A stretch of 59,621 nt of DNA, the filler included, from Sluysia triapertura (Eukaryota): NCBI GenBank assembly GCA_046118255.1. It is 5 parts of 5 records of this genome, joined end to end, with 100 filler letters (N's around TTAATTAATTAA, not from the genome) between each part and the next. Parts side by side here need not be neighbours in the genome. Positions count along the whole stretch, not along the records: positions 11,872 to 23,735 come from JBJNIA010162596.1; positions 23,836 to 34,942 come from JBJNIA010188787.1; 3 more parts are not named here. The stretch is one strand, 5' to 3'. This document shows, piece by piece, positions 12,640 to 25,769 of the stretch. Within the stretch, counting starts at the first letter, position 1, and each line of letters opens with the position of its first letter. A program made the position numbers and the translations under genes. Below the pieces are notes generated by a model. The model saw nothing but the letters and a program-made list of their open reading frames with translations. It was not told the DNA's origin and did no database searches.

Positions 12640-13630
12640 CTGTTAAAATCGTTTATTCTAACATATAAATGAAATAAAAAGGAATAAAACGAATGTCATA
12701 CTGTGAAAGAACAACAGTTACTAAGTATATAATATATGATTTGTAGTTGTTGCATCAAGGTACGATAATGAAATCTTTAAAGTTGTCTTAAATTTGTTTT
12801 AAAAGATGCAATAGTTTAGTTTGTAAGTGAAATGAAGAATGTTAGAATAATTTGTTGAAACTTATTGAAGATTTATGCATTGAATATAATGAGTGGTAAA
12901 AGTTATTTTAGTTTTAAAGGACAATTACAAAATAAATCTTAATATATTATAATGTTGTTACGAGTAATTGTTAATGATGAATATGTGTATATGAAGTGGA
13001 TTTAGGTTGGTGTAGTTGATTAAGGGTTTTGATGTAAATGATTTATATTTCTAAGGTACTTGTTAGTGTTGTTGAATAATGCTATTATGTTTATGATTTG
13101 TGAACTTTATATTATAATTTGTTTGTTAAAATATCTTATGAGTGAATGCTGTGAACTATTCGAGATTAAATGTTGAAGTTTGTTGTGCTATGGATGATCA
13201 AAAATGTTAGTTGAACTGTTGATAAGTGTGAGTTGATGAGGTGTTATAAATATCGAATGTTATTTTTATGTTGGTGTTGGTGTAATTCGATAGTAAAAAG
13301 TGTTATTGTTTTAAAAAATTGAGTTTTGGTAAAATTTGATTTGAGGATGTTTTGATATTTTGATTGAATTTAAATTATGAGTGTTGGCCACTACAATTTA
13401 CTTAATAAGAAAATATATTTCAAGGTATATTATTATTTTTTGTATCCATTATTATCCTTTCAAGATGATCGTTGTCACTTTTTATTTTGTTTATGTGTTT
13501 ATCAACCGTAATATTGTAATATTACAATTAAAATTTATGCATTTTATAAAAAATGTTTTGTTAAATAAATTTTATATAATAATTATTGATTCATCATTGA
13601 ACATGTTTCGGTCAATACACTATTGGTTAT
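12640..13630 (-). mobile_element. Heavily decayed 3' part of a non-LTR retrotransposon (RT C-terminal region)
   Basis: Reverse-strand remnants in the expected order: YLEIYF...W (KYLGI-like), H.Y...TR, LP.II, NKFK..L; strong strand skew; many stops. Confidence 0.45.
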
Positions 13631-13639
13631 GATGAGAAA

Positions 13640-14897
13640 ATTAATCACATACTTAAGGGCTTCCTCGGTCTGAAAAACTTTCCATTTAACAATTCCTTTT
13701 CTTTGTCAATAAAAATTATGGTGGCTTCAGTTTAAATTTTTAACTGTCAAACAACCGTAATTTGCACCCTAGTTTTACAGGAAATACTTCGAGTCGCTTC
13801 TGACAGACTGAATAAGGTTGATAATATGTCTGATGCCCTTTTGTGGCTAAATGGTATTAAAGCCGACAAACGCGCAAGACTTCATACGTGGCGGACAAAA
13901 TATAAAATATATATAAAATCAGTGTCAGCTTCACTTATTCTGAGGAACACATTAAATTGGATGTTAAATGTGACATCCTTGGAGATTTCGAAATCACTTT
14001 TAATCAATTTCATAAAGATAAATTGGGGAAATACCTGCATGATCTGATTAATCTTTCCAACACCAATTCTTGGAAATCCCGAAAAGTTCAAGGTCTTTTT
14101 GTCGAATTTTTCATGAAACGCCCTATATCTGGTCGTCTTTTTCCCCTACAATTAAGGAACCAGTGTTGAATTTTCATGACTATGTCCCAAAAACATTCGA
14201 CTTAATCGAACGAGAAACTCTTGCCCATATATTATGTCTTTGCCCACATACCATCACTGGTCGTACAGTAAGACATCATAAAATTCTAGAATATTTACTT
14301 ACTAAACTAAAACAAATGGGCTTCTCGGTGAAAAAAGATTCCCAAACCCCCTTAGTTGGAAATTATAGGAGACCTGATATTCAAGCGCAAGGTACTAATT
14401 CTTCATAACTGTTTCTCATAGACATCAAATCCCAATTGATGATTATGAAAACTTTCAAGCGGCCCGAACATTTAACATTACCAAGTATTCTGACCTGAGG
14501 GAAAAAATCCAAGACCAGTTCAAATGACTCGTCTCCCTAGACGCATTTGTAGTTGGAGCTCTTAGTTCTTGAGATTCAAAAAATGTAGGTTTCCGTAAAG
14601 CTGATATTACTGGTTTGGCATGCCAGTGTATCAAACTATCCCTAGAATCTTCCTTTAATATACATAAAGACCATTCTCTTCAATATCCCATTTAACTATT
14701 AATTCTCGTACCTTTCGGTTTCCTTTTCTTTTTTGTGGTGAATAATATTGTTTCTTTCTTTTCCTCCATTTTATATATTAATAAAATCCTTTGAATTTTT
14801 CAATACGAAAACCATAATTATCTCTTCTTTATGAATGTTTGCAAATCTTCCCATCTTTCCTTTTATATAATGTATTGTTATAAATAAATAAATAAAT
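13640..14897 (+). mobile_element. 5'-truncated, frameshifted RLE-endonuclease non-LTR retrotransposon (NeSL/R2/R4-like)
   Basis: ETLAHILCLC (zinc-knuckle remnant), RH..I, RRPDI, IDIK and KYSDL motifs of restriction-like endonucleases; pyrimidine-rich 3' UTR ending in (TAAA)n. Confidence 0.85.
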
Positions 14898-15036
14898 AGT
14901 CAATCAACAGCAACAGCAGAAGCACCATAGACAACAAATTCTTATTTATATTTACGTTTATATACTTATATAATTATTATTAAATTCATACTATACGTGT
15001 AAATACTTCTCATTATTTTAAAATACATGTTTTGAA

Positions 15037-15078
15037 TTCATCGAACTGCGCAGCGAAGAATTTTATGAAGTCTAACAT
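15037..15078 (+). mobile_element. Internally deleted fragment of the SINE at 27.8 kb
   Basis: ttcatcgaactgcgcagcga (20 nt) and attttatgaagtctaa are both identical to the reverse complement of the 27.8-kb element. Confidence 0.6.
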
Positions 15079-15694
15079 TTGGTGAGCCCACATATCGAAT
15101 ACCCTTCTGATGATTGATAAGATGTTTGAACAATACACAGGCGCGACAACTCAGAACTCGATATAATTATATTTCGTCAATAAAATATTCAACAATAAAT
15201 AAATAAATATTAAAGAAGGTCATTAAATAAAGTACATTTTAGATTGATTAAGATGTTATATTGGAACTTATTCGAATATCTATCAGATTGATGATTTATG
15301 GATATTTGTTTAAATTAATCGAATTTTTATTAGTTTATTACTACACTATTTCGAAAGACACCACGCGCAGCAAACATCACTTGTTAATACAAAAAAGAGA
15401 CTACTTTCAAAGATAAACTGAAGTAGAATAAAATTAATTATGTAGCGCATTTATAAAATGATGAGTATGGAGAATTTTATTTGCATGTCTCGAATAGTGA
15501 GAACGATCGGGCAAAATAGGAGGTCATTGTTTCAAATGATATGTACACAATTGTAATTGGTTACAGATATGTTAAGTTTAAATATTTTGAAGAGACAAAT
15601 CACAGCCTTACTTATTTTCTGGATTATCCAATCAAAATTAAGAGTACGAAAATAGTCCTAATTGGTGGAAATAAAATGGATCACATGGAAAACA

Positions 15695-18600
15695 TCACGT
15701 CATTGAATGCAAACAAGTGTGTGATAGAAAATATGATGTGATATCCACGCAATCGGAACATCGATGAATGAGTGATTGCATCACAATGAATATTAGAGTT
15801 ACTAAAGCAACTGTGGTCCAATGACAGATGCGCATGGCTGCGTTGTAGTAAGGAGAATAGGGGCACTGGTACGAGCCGAATACGTTGCAGATGTTGTTGG
15901 AATACAGCGACTCCACACGATACACGGTTCTGTTAAATCGTCCTGAAATAATTCAAATATTATTGATTCGTGACACATATTTAAACAACGAATAATTAAT
16001 TCAACGAACCAGGTTCGTAGTAATCGTACACGCTGCACAGTTGATCTCTACTGACATTGGCTGCTGGAAAATATCGATGTGCTTCGAATACTACACACGA
16101 ATTAGACGAAGTCAACTGAATGTAAATAAAAACCAATCAAATCAATTAGCCAATCAAATTCAATGTCAAGTCCACTAACACTGTCCAAATATAAGCTGAT
16201 CCGACCAGGCCAGTATTTGGCATACCGTAAGTTTGGAGGATTGCCACTTGAAACCACTTGTCTCAGATGATCATTGAGCACCACGAATCCAGTGGGCAGT
16301 GACAATTCGAATACCGTTAAGCCAGTACTTTCTTGCTCAAGAAAGCTTGCAGTATTTCCAGCCCAGTTACCGCACACAGTCATCTTCAGATGAGACGAGT
16401 TGCGGCCTGTAAAATCCGACTCGCAGTAAATATTGAAGCTGTTCAAAGGCTCACTCAGTCTATTCGGATTACGAGGATACTTGATTTCCTGGTCATAGAA
16501 GCTCCGTGACATGGTATCCAACTGCAACAGAATGCGCCCCGTACCCTCGGCAGTAAACATCACCTCACCCCAAACTTTGTCGTTATCCATCTGAAGTACA
16601 ACATTCATTAAACAGTAAATCAGAGATCAGTGTGCATTCATTTGCATTCGTCCACATTCCCAAATAAATATTATTATCAATCAAAGGCCTAACCATTGTG
16701 GTGTTTCCGAATGAATAATTGAATTTCTCAATGTAAAATTCCTTTTTGTATTTCGTATCAGAACTTATCTGTTGTTCCACATACAGCTTGTACCAATCAC
16801 GATTACGATCGGACGCCACAAAAGCAACTAGTGCTCGTACTGCCCACAGAGTGTCCTGTGGAAAATACATATTAAAAATAAGTTCTAATAGTACGATAAA
16901 TATTATTGTATATCGACATAATATCTAAATTACACGCACACAGACATGCTCCACCATTGTTTATTGTATTTGAACTTATTCTAGTGGAACTCCAATTTTA
17001 TCGCAACAGCAGTAAATAAACAAGGACAAAGACACGGTTTGATTTAATCTAAATGTACTAAGAATCATCACCACCCAATCAAGCACGCATTACTCATACC
17101 ACACACTTCCTCCCCTCACAAACAGTGAAGCTTGATCCAATCAAAAAACAGAACTAACGAATGTACTAGCAAATCCCATGGCATGGTTGCGCATCTCGGC
17201 CATAAATGTAATTAAATTGATGACCTGCGTTCCCTCATAACTCCACTCACCACGCTCCTGCATTAGCATCATTCCAATAGCTGAACTGGCCACAGTGTAA
17301 GAGTCATGGGGCAATTCCAGTCTCGGATTTAGTACAGTAGCACCCGAATTAAGATCTTCTTTGACTGGCAGAATCACATCTCTTTTGGAGAAATATAAAG
17401 TGTCACCGATTTTAAATGCACCCTTTTTGATTTTCGTCAACATTCTGCATTATCATTATTATAATATTAATATAATTTTTGATTCATTTTCATAATCTTA
17501 CTTATGACCATAAGTTAAACTAACGTCCTAACTTCACTTTCTGCCGAAGAACCTCCTTTATTCATCGCGTAAGTCCCGATAATTTGACTGAAAGGATCTG
17601 CAGTTTTATCGATGTATTGCTTCAGAAACGCCATTGCATTTGTGATTGTGCGTGACGACGAGGACTTTTCCGCCAGAGCTAAAACAACCATGGCAGTGAC
17701 CGGGATGCGCCTAACGGCCTCTTTATCTTTGTCAGTGAGTCCCTCTGTGAAATTACTAGGCAAGAACATGTGGTTATTAATGCCTTCGGTTGAGAAACTG
17801 CCCCCGAATTCTTGCGTACTCGGTACTTGTTGTTTTTCTAAATATTTGATTGCTTTTGCAATAAGGTCTTCAGGAATATACATTTCGCGATTGAAGTCGC
17901 CCAGATCACTCAATGTACTGTGAAGGTTCCACAAAGCGAATGCTGTCGCCAATGTATTCGAACTGAAAATAAATCAATCGAGTTTTGAAATTCTCAAATT
18001 AAAATAGAAACGACACTTGGTACGGATCAACATCGCCATCAAATGGTTAGTGAGTACTGCTATCACATAAATATTAAAAGCTAACGTTTGCCTGAAGTCT
18101 CTGAAGTTCCCAAAGCCGCCATCAGTTGGATTGTAGTAACTAAGACAATCCTGTAGCACTACATTGACATGTTCCATCGCTTTGTCCATTATCGCTCTGC
18201 TGTCTTCCACAGTCCACTTCCACAAGTACTTCAACAGTTGGATGTTAATACCATATTCGAAAAACACGTTCTCCAGAGCTCCGTGAGTCAACCGCAAACC
18301 CTTGAACATGTCAAAATAAGGGTTCGTCGGACTGAGGGTAGGACCGAAGACGTCTCCTGAATATATTTCATGGATCAACAAATTTTCAGTACTAAGGCTC
18401 AGTGATGATAAGGTTCTGTCAACGTAACACTAACCTGCCACAGTCGCCACGGACAACTTCGAATCAGGTACGTACCGCAATCTTCGCTCTTCGGGTTCAT
18501 AAAAGTTCTGTCTCAGAGGGATCTTGAAGTTCCAATTCAATCGCATACTTTTGGAGGTCAAGTCTATTAACGTAGCATGATGGTAGTAGTTGGCGACTCC

Positions 18601-18974
18601 ATTCATCTAAAAGAAAATCAAGTTATACTTGAGTTATACTCAAAGTCAAACAGAAATCAAATTGAGTTCCGCTAACCGATACACTAAACTCGTGGCCCAC
18701 GCAGTTGGTACCTATGAATGCGTGCGCACAGACACTGAATGTGAAATTTCCAGGACCTTTCAGATTCGAAATGACAGGAATGTATATGTACTTCGCTTCT
18801 CCAGCATTCAAATAAACAAGAGTATGAACTTCCTGGTTCACTGTGGTCACTGGATTGTAGCTCGAGACCTTGCCGTACTGGTCCACTTGGACTATTCGAT
18901 ATTTATCACTGGGGTTCACAATTAGCAAGGCCTGTAAATCGGAATTTGTGGTGTTAGAATATTTTTCAATGCAC

Positions 18975-19010
<36 letters not shown>

Positions 19011-20339
19011 TGTGACAGATATTTTAATTGTATTTAACTCTTATATCATGTGTTATACGACACGGATGGCCAATAAAAACAATTAAATGGGAGACATTCT
19101 ACTACTACTATTACTACTATTATTATTACTACTACTACAACTACTATTGTCATCATCATCATTTTCGACATTATCAAATTGATATTATGGTGTTGACTTT
19201 TCATTTCTCTGTTTTTCTATTTCAGAATAACCTCTAATTCTTTCAATTCAACATATTTTGAATTATTGAACTTAGTTAAATTATTAGTAAATAAAATAAT
19301 AAAATAATAAAATAATTCACTCAAATTTTTAAGAAAACAACGTGATCTTTCTAACAATGTTCAAAAAACCAATAGAAACATAATAACTGACTTCGGTCCA
19401 ATAGTCCCAATAATTGAATAATGTAAGTCGAATGCCAATTTGTTCTCCGTATAGAATATGTTCGGGAGCTTCTAGTACCACATAGAACCGTCGAGTGCCG
19501 CTGAAGATCTTGGGACGGTCATTGATAGAGAAACCCATCAATCGATCAATGGCATAGGCTCCAATGACCCAAGAAGCGTCAATCTTTGGTAAATCGACTC
19601 TGAAGTTGATTCGTCCGTTCGGTCTGAAGTAATAATAAATAAATATCGTTTTTTTGACTTACTTGATCCAGTAGGTCTTCCAGAGCCAGGACCCACTCAG
19701 CCAGTGTCGATAGAGAAACTGGGATCTATTCAGCAACTTTTGTCGCAAGAAATCAAATTGATTGGTTTTCTTGACAGGACATCCTGATTCGTCGGCTTTC
19801 GTGGCACACTCGGGATTGCCATTGCAACGTTCGCTGCGGCTGTAGCACTGTTTCCCAGTCATCGAATAACACGGGAAAGCCTTGCTCGGATCCTGGGTTT
19901 CATTGCAGTCGTCTGGAACAAAATAAACGATGATTAACACATGGATCGATTTTGAAGATGATTTTCAGCACAATCAAATAATAGCGATCTAACGATTGAA
20001 ATTAACTCTTGTGAATTCCGCGTCGGTGAACAAGTGGAGACCTGCTGTGTAGAATGTACTGTTTGTATCCGCACCTCCAGATGGAGCCGACACATATGCA
20101 CGGTCGATGTATTCCAGATTCTCAAACCAGTCCTGTTGATATGGCAACTGACTGCCTTTCACTTCGTAGTTCATTAATTCGTTTATAACGTTATAATCTC
20201 GAAGAATGTTGTCCAAACCGAGCCGGTACAAATCGTAATGCAGAACGCTAAGAGCCAAGTAGGAACCAGGTTCTCCGTAGCCATTAATTTCCAGAGTATC
20301 CATGTTCAAATTCTTGCCAAAATTCACTTCAACTTTTAC
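15695..20339 (-). CDS. Mcr: Macroglobulin complement-related protein (Mcr-type TEP/alpha-2-macroglobulin family), 3' multi-exon part; 5' part lost at the gap
   Basis: LDLa-like Cys module (C..SERCNGNPECATKADESGC) at the bait-region position; A2M motifs LPKIDASWV, GEQIGIRLTLFNY, QDTLWAVRAL, LPTGF, VYDYYEP; C-terminal IC.V.GSYQCPY.PYYN plus a hydrophobic tail as in insect Mcr; GT-AG introns. Confidence 0.9.
19100..19165. repeat. Compound (TAC/TAT/CAT)n microsatellite in an Mcr intron
   Basis: Direct reading; it explains the poly-Y/poly-H ORF 19028-19237. Confidence 0.9.
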
Positions 20340-20350
20340 CTGAAAAAGAT

Positions 20351-20537
20351 NNNNNNNNNNNNNNNNNNNNNNNNNNNNNNNNNNNNNNNNNNNNNNNNNN
20401 NNNNNNNNNNNNNNNNNNNNNNNNNNNNNNNNNNNNNNNNNNNNNNNNNNNNNNNNNNNNNNNNNNNNNNNNNNNNNNNNNNNNNNNNNNNNNNNNNNNN
20501 NNNNNNNNNNNNNNNNNNNNNNNNNNNNNNNNNNNNN
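20351..20537. other. Assembly gap (187 N, no linker)
   Basis: N run. Confidence 0.97.
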
Positions 20538-22309
20538 AATGAATAATAACTATTAATCTTTTATTTTTTGAAAAATACTGTATTTGAAATATGTAAATTG
20601 TTTAACTTTATATAAATTATTTCACTACTTTTTATATTTGTATAGTTTTCTAAGTTTTTGCTTCTTCCTTTTTATTATGTCTAAAAATTTCATTTGTTAA
20701 AAATAAAGTTATAAGTTAAATTAAAATAAAAAAATTCGATAAAATACTCAAAATATAAAGTATCGAATAATAAATCAACGAAAGATTTAAATCTTATCGA
20801 TTTACTTTTATTATTTTGAATTATTCTTATTAAAAGTTTATAATTTTATGTATATATATTTTAGAATTATTATTAGAATTTTTTATTTATGCTACAATAA
20901 ACTATTTATTTACACTGACTAATATTTTTTCATCAAACATCTGTTAATTATGAAAATGGTAATTTAAAAATGTAAGTATTTTAATTAATTTTTATAAAAA
21001 CATGTATTATTTTAATTAAATGAGTAATATTGTTCATTAATTTACTGTTTCATCATACTGAATTATTTAGTCAGAATGTGTTATAAATTGCATTCATTTA
21101 TATCTTACATTTTTATAGTTGATATGAATGTGTGTTTCTGTATTCAGGTAGAATAAATAATGCGTTTTTATTTTTACAAACTTAAAATTGTAATAATATA
21201 TTATACAATCTAATAATAATGGTTTTAGTATCTTCAAAAATGTTACTTTTTGTACTCTCATGTTTACATACTTCCAGGAAATCTTGAAATAATATCAAAC
21301 AAACATGACAAAAGAATGAAAGAAGAAGACTGAACAAACACAGTAACAAAATCAATTTTGCTATAACTAACACTCTTTATTAATTATTTCTTTAATAATA
21401 CCGATAAAAATAATAAAATCTGGTTTTATTTGTTTGTGAGTAGGTGTTTGAGAGGAAATTATTATGAATACTGGACTTTCAATAACTTACTTTGCAGTTA
21501 TTGTCTTATATAAATAATAGAAAATACAACTATTATTGGATGTAAATTTTTAGATCTTGCTTTTATTTAAGTTATGTTAATAGTACCATATTGAAACTAT
21601 CGATACAAAAATATGTACATAATATGTTTTAATTTTTATTTCTTAACATAATTTCAAACATAGACAAATTTTTATTTTTATAATATTTTATAATCAAAAC
21701 AATTTTATAACATATTATTAAATATTTTCATTAGATGTTTATTGTTTTTTAATGAGAGAATTTAAAATAAAAATAAAATGAAACAAATGAAATATAATAA
21801 ATATGAAAGAAAAAGATTTCTTTGTTTAAATTCTTTGCTATCATTTTCTGGAGTATTTTATTCTTTTAATTTTTCTTCATTTTTATTTATATTGTTTGAA
21901 TAATTTTATTTTACAATTCATTTATTTTTCTTTAGTTTTATATTCAACATATTTTGTGTTTTCTATATATAACAGTTTTGTTTACATTAAATATACTAAT
22001 TATATATAATAATTTAGATAATTTTATCATAAAGAAAAATAGAGATACGGTTTTATTGGTTGGATTTTTAAAATGTTTTCTATATAAATTAAACAGATCT
22101 GTGTGTTACAATGTGATCAGAACAATTTCTTTTATTAATTATAAGAGTCGATTTGTTGGATATGTATATTTCAAAGATAACTTTAGTTATGCTTGAAGAT
22201 TGACTGAAGTTCGAAATGTATGATTTAATTAAATTTTGATTTTACGAAAAAAAAATTAATAAATAATTTTGTTTTAAAATATTAATTTTATATAAAAAAA
22301 ATTTGATAA

Positions 22310-22800
22310 TACTAACATTTTCGAGGGAATATTTTGATTGTGAAGTTTTGGAATTTAGATTAGTTGGTTCAATAACAACATAGTATTGGTCAATCGTACC
22401 TAATTCTTCTGTGACTCGTTTTATGAAAATTGTAACTGTTTTTGTAGTTTCATTTAATGAATAAATTTCAGGAATAGGCACATATGCAGGTCTTTCCATT
22501 TTCGTTCTGCAACCCGTGTTTTGTACATACTGAACACTAGTACCATTCGTTTTGTATGATGTTTCAACGGAGACATCGTATACAGTATTTGGTATCAGAT
22601 CTTTTAAATTCACAATAAAGTATCCATAGGTTTCATTTTTTGTACTTCACGCATGAAGTGTTCTTTCTATTTTTGGTTTCTTGTTTTCCGTTTTCGTCAG
22701 TACATGTTTTTTATCCTTCAATCTTAATCAAAAATTTGTCCAACATTTTCATTACTAATGGTTGACTCCAGTTCAGTTGAATAGATTTCTGTTCAACTAC
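22310..22800 (-). pseudogene. Disrupted FN3 plus membrane-proximal exon(s) of a receptor-PTP-like protein
   Basis: KSIQLNWSQP...LKDLIPNTVYDVSVET (FN3), then TVTIFIKRVTEELGTIDQYYVVIE. In-frame TAA (about 22711), TGA (about 22647) and a frameshift lie inside the FN3 domain. Confidence 0.6.
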
Positions 22801-23962
22801 AAATAAGATTTTTACTAAACAACTAACGTCACCATCACATAATGGCCGCCATAGTTATCATCAGAAAAGAAATCTTTATCGAAATTAGACCTTCAAAAAA
22901 TTTTAACTATAAAAATAAATTATAAGTAATTAAATACTCTATATATAGTATTTAATGCAATATCAATTTCCTTAAAAGGAAATTGTATTTTTTGCCGAAA
23001 TTATTTTCTTTGTTTTTTCTGTTTTTTAATGATAATATAAGAGCCACAATAACTAATTTTTCTTTGCAAACAATATAAAATTTAATTGTACTAATATAAA
23101 ACGTGGCAGTGTATATAATTTAAAATTTGTTCAATGATGATTGCATAGATTGGACTTAATTTAAACCAATTTTCATTATTTTCATTAATATTTTGAATAT
23201 TATTAATATTTGATTTTTCTTAAATAAACTGATCAATATATTGTTCATAAATATTCAAGCATACAATCACAATAAAAATTTAGTAAAATTAATTTCATTA
23301 AATTTAAATGTTCATTTTTTATATGCATCGTATCAAATTATAGCAGAAATTCTGGTAACCATGACAACATTTTGATTTTTATTTTAATCATCATTTTATA
23401 ATTGCAATTTAAAATCAAAATGATATTAATTAATAGAAATATTAATTACTCTTTTTGGTACATAAATTTTATAAATAACAATTTTCATTTAATATATAAA
23501 ATTAATTTAGTCATTTTGATTTTATAAGTAATATCAACATTTATTAAATAGAATAATATTAATTAATAATTAAAATACATAATTTTCTACATAATTAAGA
23601 TAAAATCGAATTTAGTAGAAGAATAAGTAATAAGAGTAGTATCAGTAGACGTAGTAGCAGTAGTTATTGTTACTCTTTTATCACATAATATACCTGTCCA
23701 ATTTTTGCATACATATACACTTAGCTTGCACCATTNNNNNNNNNNNNNNNNNNNNNNNNNNNNNNNNNNNNNNNNNNNNTTAATTAATTAANNNNNNNNN
23801 NNNNNNNNNNNNNNNNNNNNNNNNNNNNNNNNNNNTGAACTCAAAATGTTTGTAAAATGGTTCGTTTGAGAATAAGAAGCTTAAAACATTTTTCATTAGA
23901 AAATTGGGTGTGCTAGTGTTTTTCTTAAACTTAAATCTATACACTGCAAATTATCTGAGAAG

Positions 23963-24730
23963 TCGGTTCGCCTAATACATACGCTTTACACCACAATTGG
24001 AGACGTACTATTAGGTTTTCTTAAATCTGTTAACTAACTGTTTACTTCGAATTAACTTTTAATTACTCGGCACTACAACCCTTTACTAGGTGTTGTTCAA
24101 ATAAAGCTTTATATTTTACAAAGTATTCAACTCGTATTAAGGTGTTGCTTTTAAAAACTCTTCGATGAATTTATATATTACGCAACCCGTATTAAGGTGT
24201 TGCTTGAGAAAAATGAATTTTAGATTAATAAAGAAAAATTACTCAGACGACGTAAAATATATTACAATGGCTTATATAATACAAACACTTAAAAAGTATG
24301 ACTTACAACTAAAAAATAACTTATAAAACTATAATAGAAATACCGATTTTAAGGCTTACTCAACCTCGGTTGGTACGTAGTGAAATTTAAGGTAAGTTAC
24401 ATAACCCGTGTAAGGTGTTGTATAATGAAGAAATATTTTAAGTACAATTTTATACTTCCTATATAAAGTGAAGTTTAATACCTATATTAAAATTAATGGA
24501 CTGATTAATAGCTGGAACTTGAAAACTTCAGATATAAAACTTCTTGTACTTTTGCTGTGGCTTACTCTTGTGTTTTTCCTTGTGTCTCTCTTGTGTTGTG
24601 TTTTCTCATATTTATATAAAAATTACTTTTCAATATGACTTCTGATGAAAATAATTTATTTATTTATGTTTCCTTGTCTAAATTTCTAAAATTAGATTTT
24701 TAAAAATAAAATTACCTTTATTTAAATTAA
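23963..24730 (-). repeat. Copy A of the hairpin/micro-exon family (putative spliced non-coding RNA or non-autonomous element)
   Basis: CAACACC-N7/8-(G)GTTG units at 24076-24095, 24127-24147, 24182-24202 and 24402-24420; terminal conserved hairpin at 23963-24015; GT-AG spacers. Confidence 0.65.
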
Positions 24731-25769
24731 GATAAATTTTAAACAAATAAAATTAAATTTAGACAAATAAAATTAAATTTTAAAACAAAATAAAAATTTG
24801 ATTTTTATTTAATTTTCTATTTTTTGTTATTTTAATTTTTTTACAATTTTTATAATTTCTATAATTTTATAAGTTTTAATTTCTTATTTTTTTTATTTTT
24901 GGTTTTATTTGTAATATATAATAATTTTTCTAAAACAATTTTTAAAACACAAGTACAAATAAATTACATTTTTTACATACCTTACACATAGAACATTTTA
25001 TTGATGAAATAACATTTGTGTCTTGATTATTAGGTTTTGTTTTTTCGACATATACCTTTTCAGATACACACATACATAAATATATACATAAATATATAAG
25101 TTCGGACGGACAAAAGAATAGAAAAAAGAATAGATAAAAGAAATAATAATGTTAACAATAATATAATTATTATATATTTTAAAATAATTATATTGTTGAT
25201 GTGGTGTTATTATAAAAGTTATTATATGACAATCATGGTAATCATATTATGACAATAATCAATAATTATTATATATTTTAATACGATTAGATTTATAATA
25301 ATAACTATAGTTCATGACAATTATTTACAATGATTATGTCTGTTTTTTGAATGAGTGAAATAGTTTGTTTAATGTTCTATGTATGTATGAGATGGTTTTA
25401 TGTAATGAAGCGGTGAAATTTTGATATGATTTCTCTACAGTGAGTTCGAAAGTGATACAGAGATACAAAAACGAATACTTAAAAATTTTCAAAAAATTTG
25501 ATTGTATCGCACAATACCGAAGGGAAGATCCATGATTATAGTAAATTTTATTATTATTATTTTTGAATAATTTTTTAAATAATTTTTTAAATAATTTCTT
25601 GAATAATTTTCTGAATAATTTTTTGAATAAGTTAAGTTAACGTTAAATTGATTTCATTTGATTTTATTTGACTTTATTTGATTTTAATTGATTTTAATTT
25701 GAGCAAATTATTAAGCGCTTACTTATTATTTTTTTATTTAGCTCTCATTAAATTGACTTTAATTGAATT

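Noticed and set aside
19028-19237. Poly-Tyr/poly-His ORF
   Set aside because: Translation of an intronic microsatellite.
16746-20546. Plus-strand ORFs opposite Mcr exons, and alternative-frame minus ORFs
   Set aside because: Shadow ORFs of GC-richer coding exons; 20238-20546 is open only because of N bases.
23963-24030. HDV-like ribozyme (hairpin followed by CGAA on the minus strand)
   Set aside because: No P1, P1.1 or P3, and no upstream partner for CCGAC.
24076-24420. CRISPR array (leader plus repeat-spacer layout)
   Set aside because: Eukaryotic context, no cas-like ORFs, repeats vary internally, and spacers are low-complexity AT-rich segments with GT-AG ends.
24555-24600. Flatworm spliced-leader match (TTACTCTTGTG)
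   Set aside because: Only 11 nt; no ATG|GT donor or Sm site follows.
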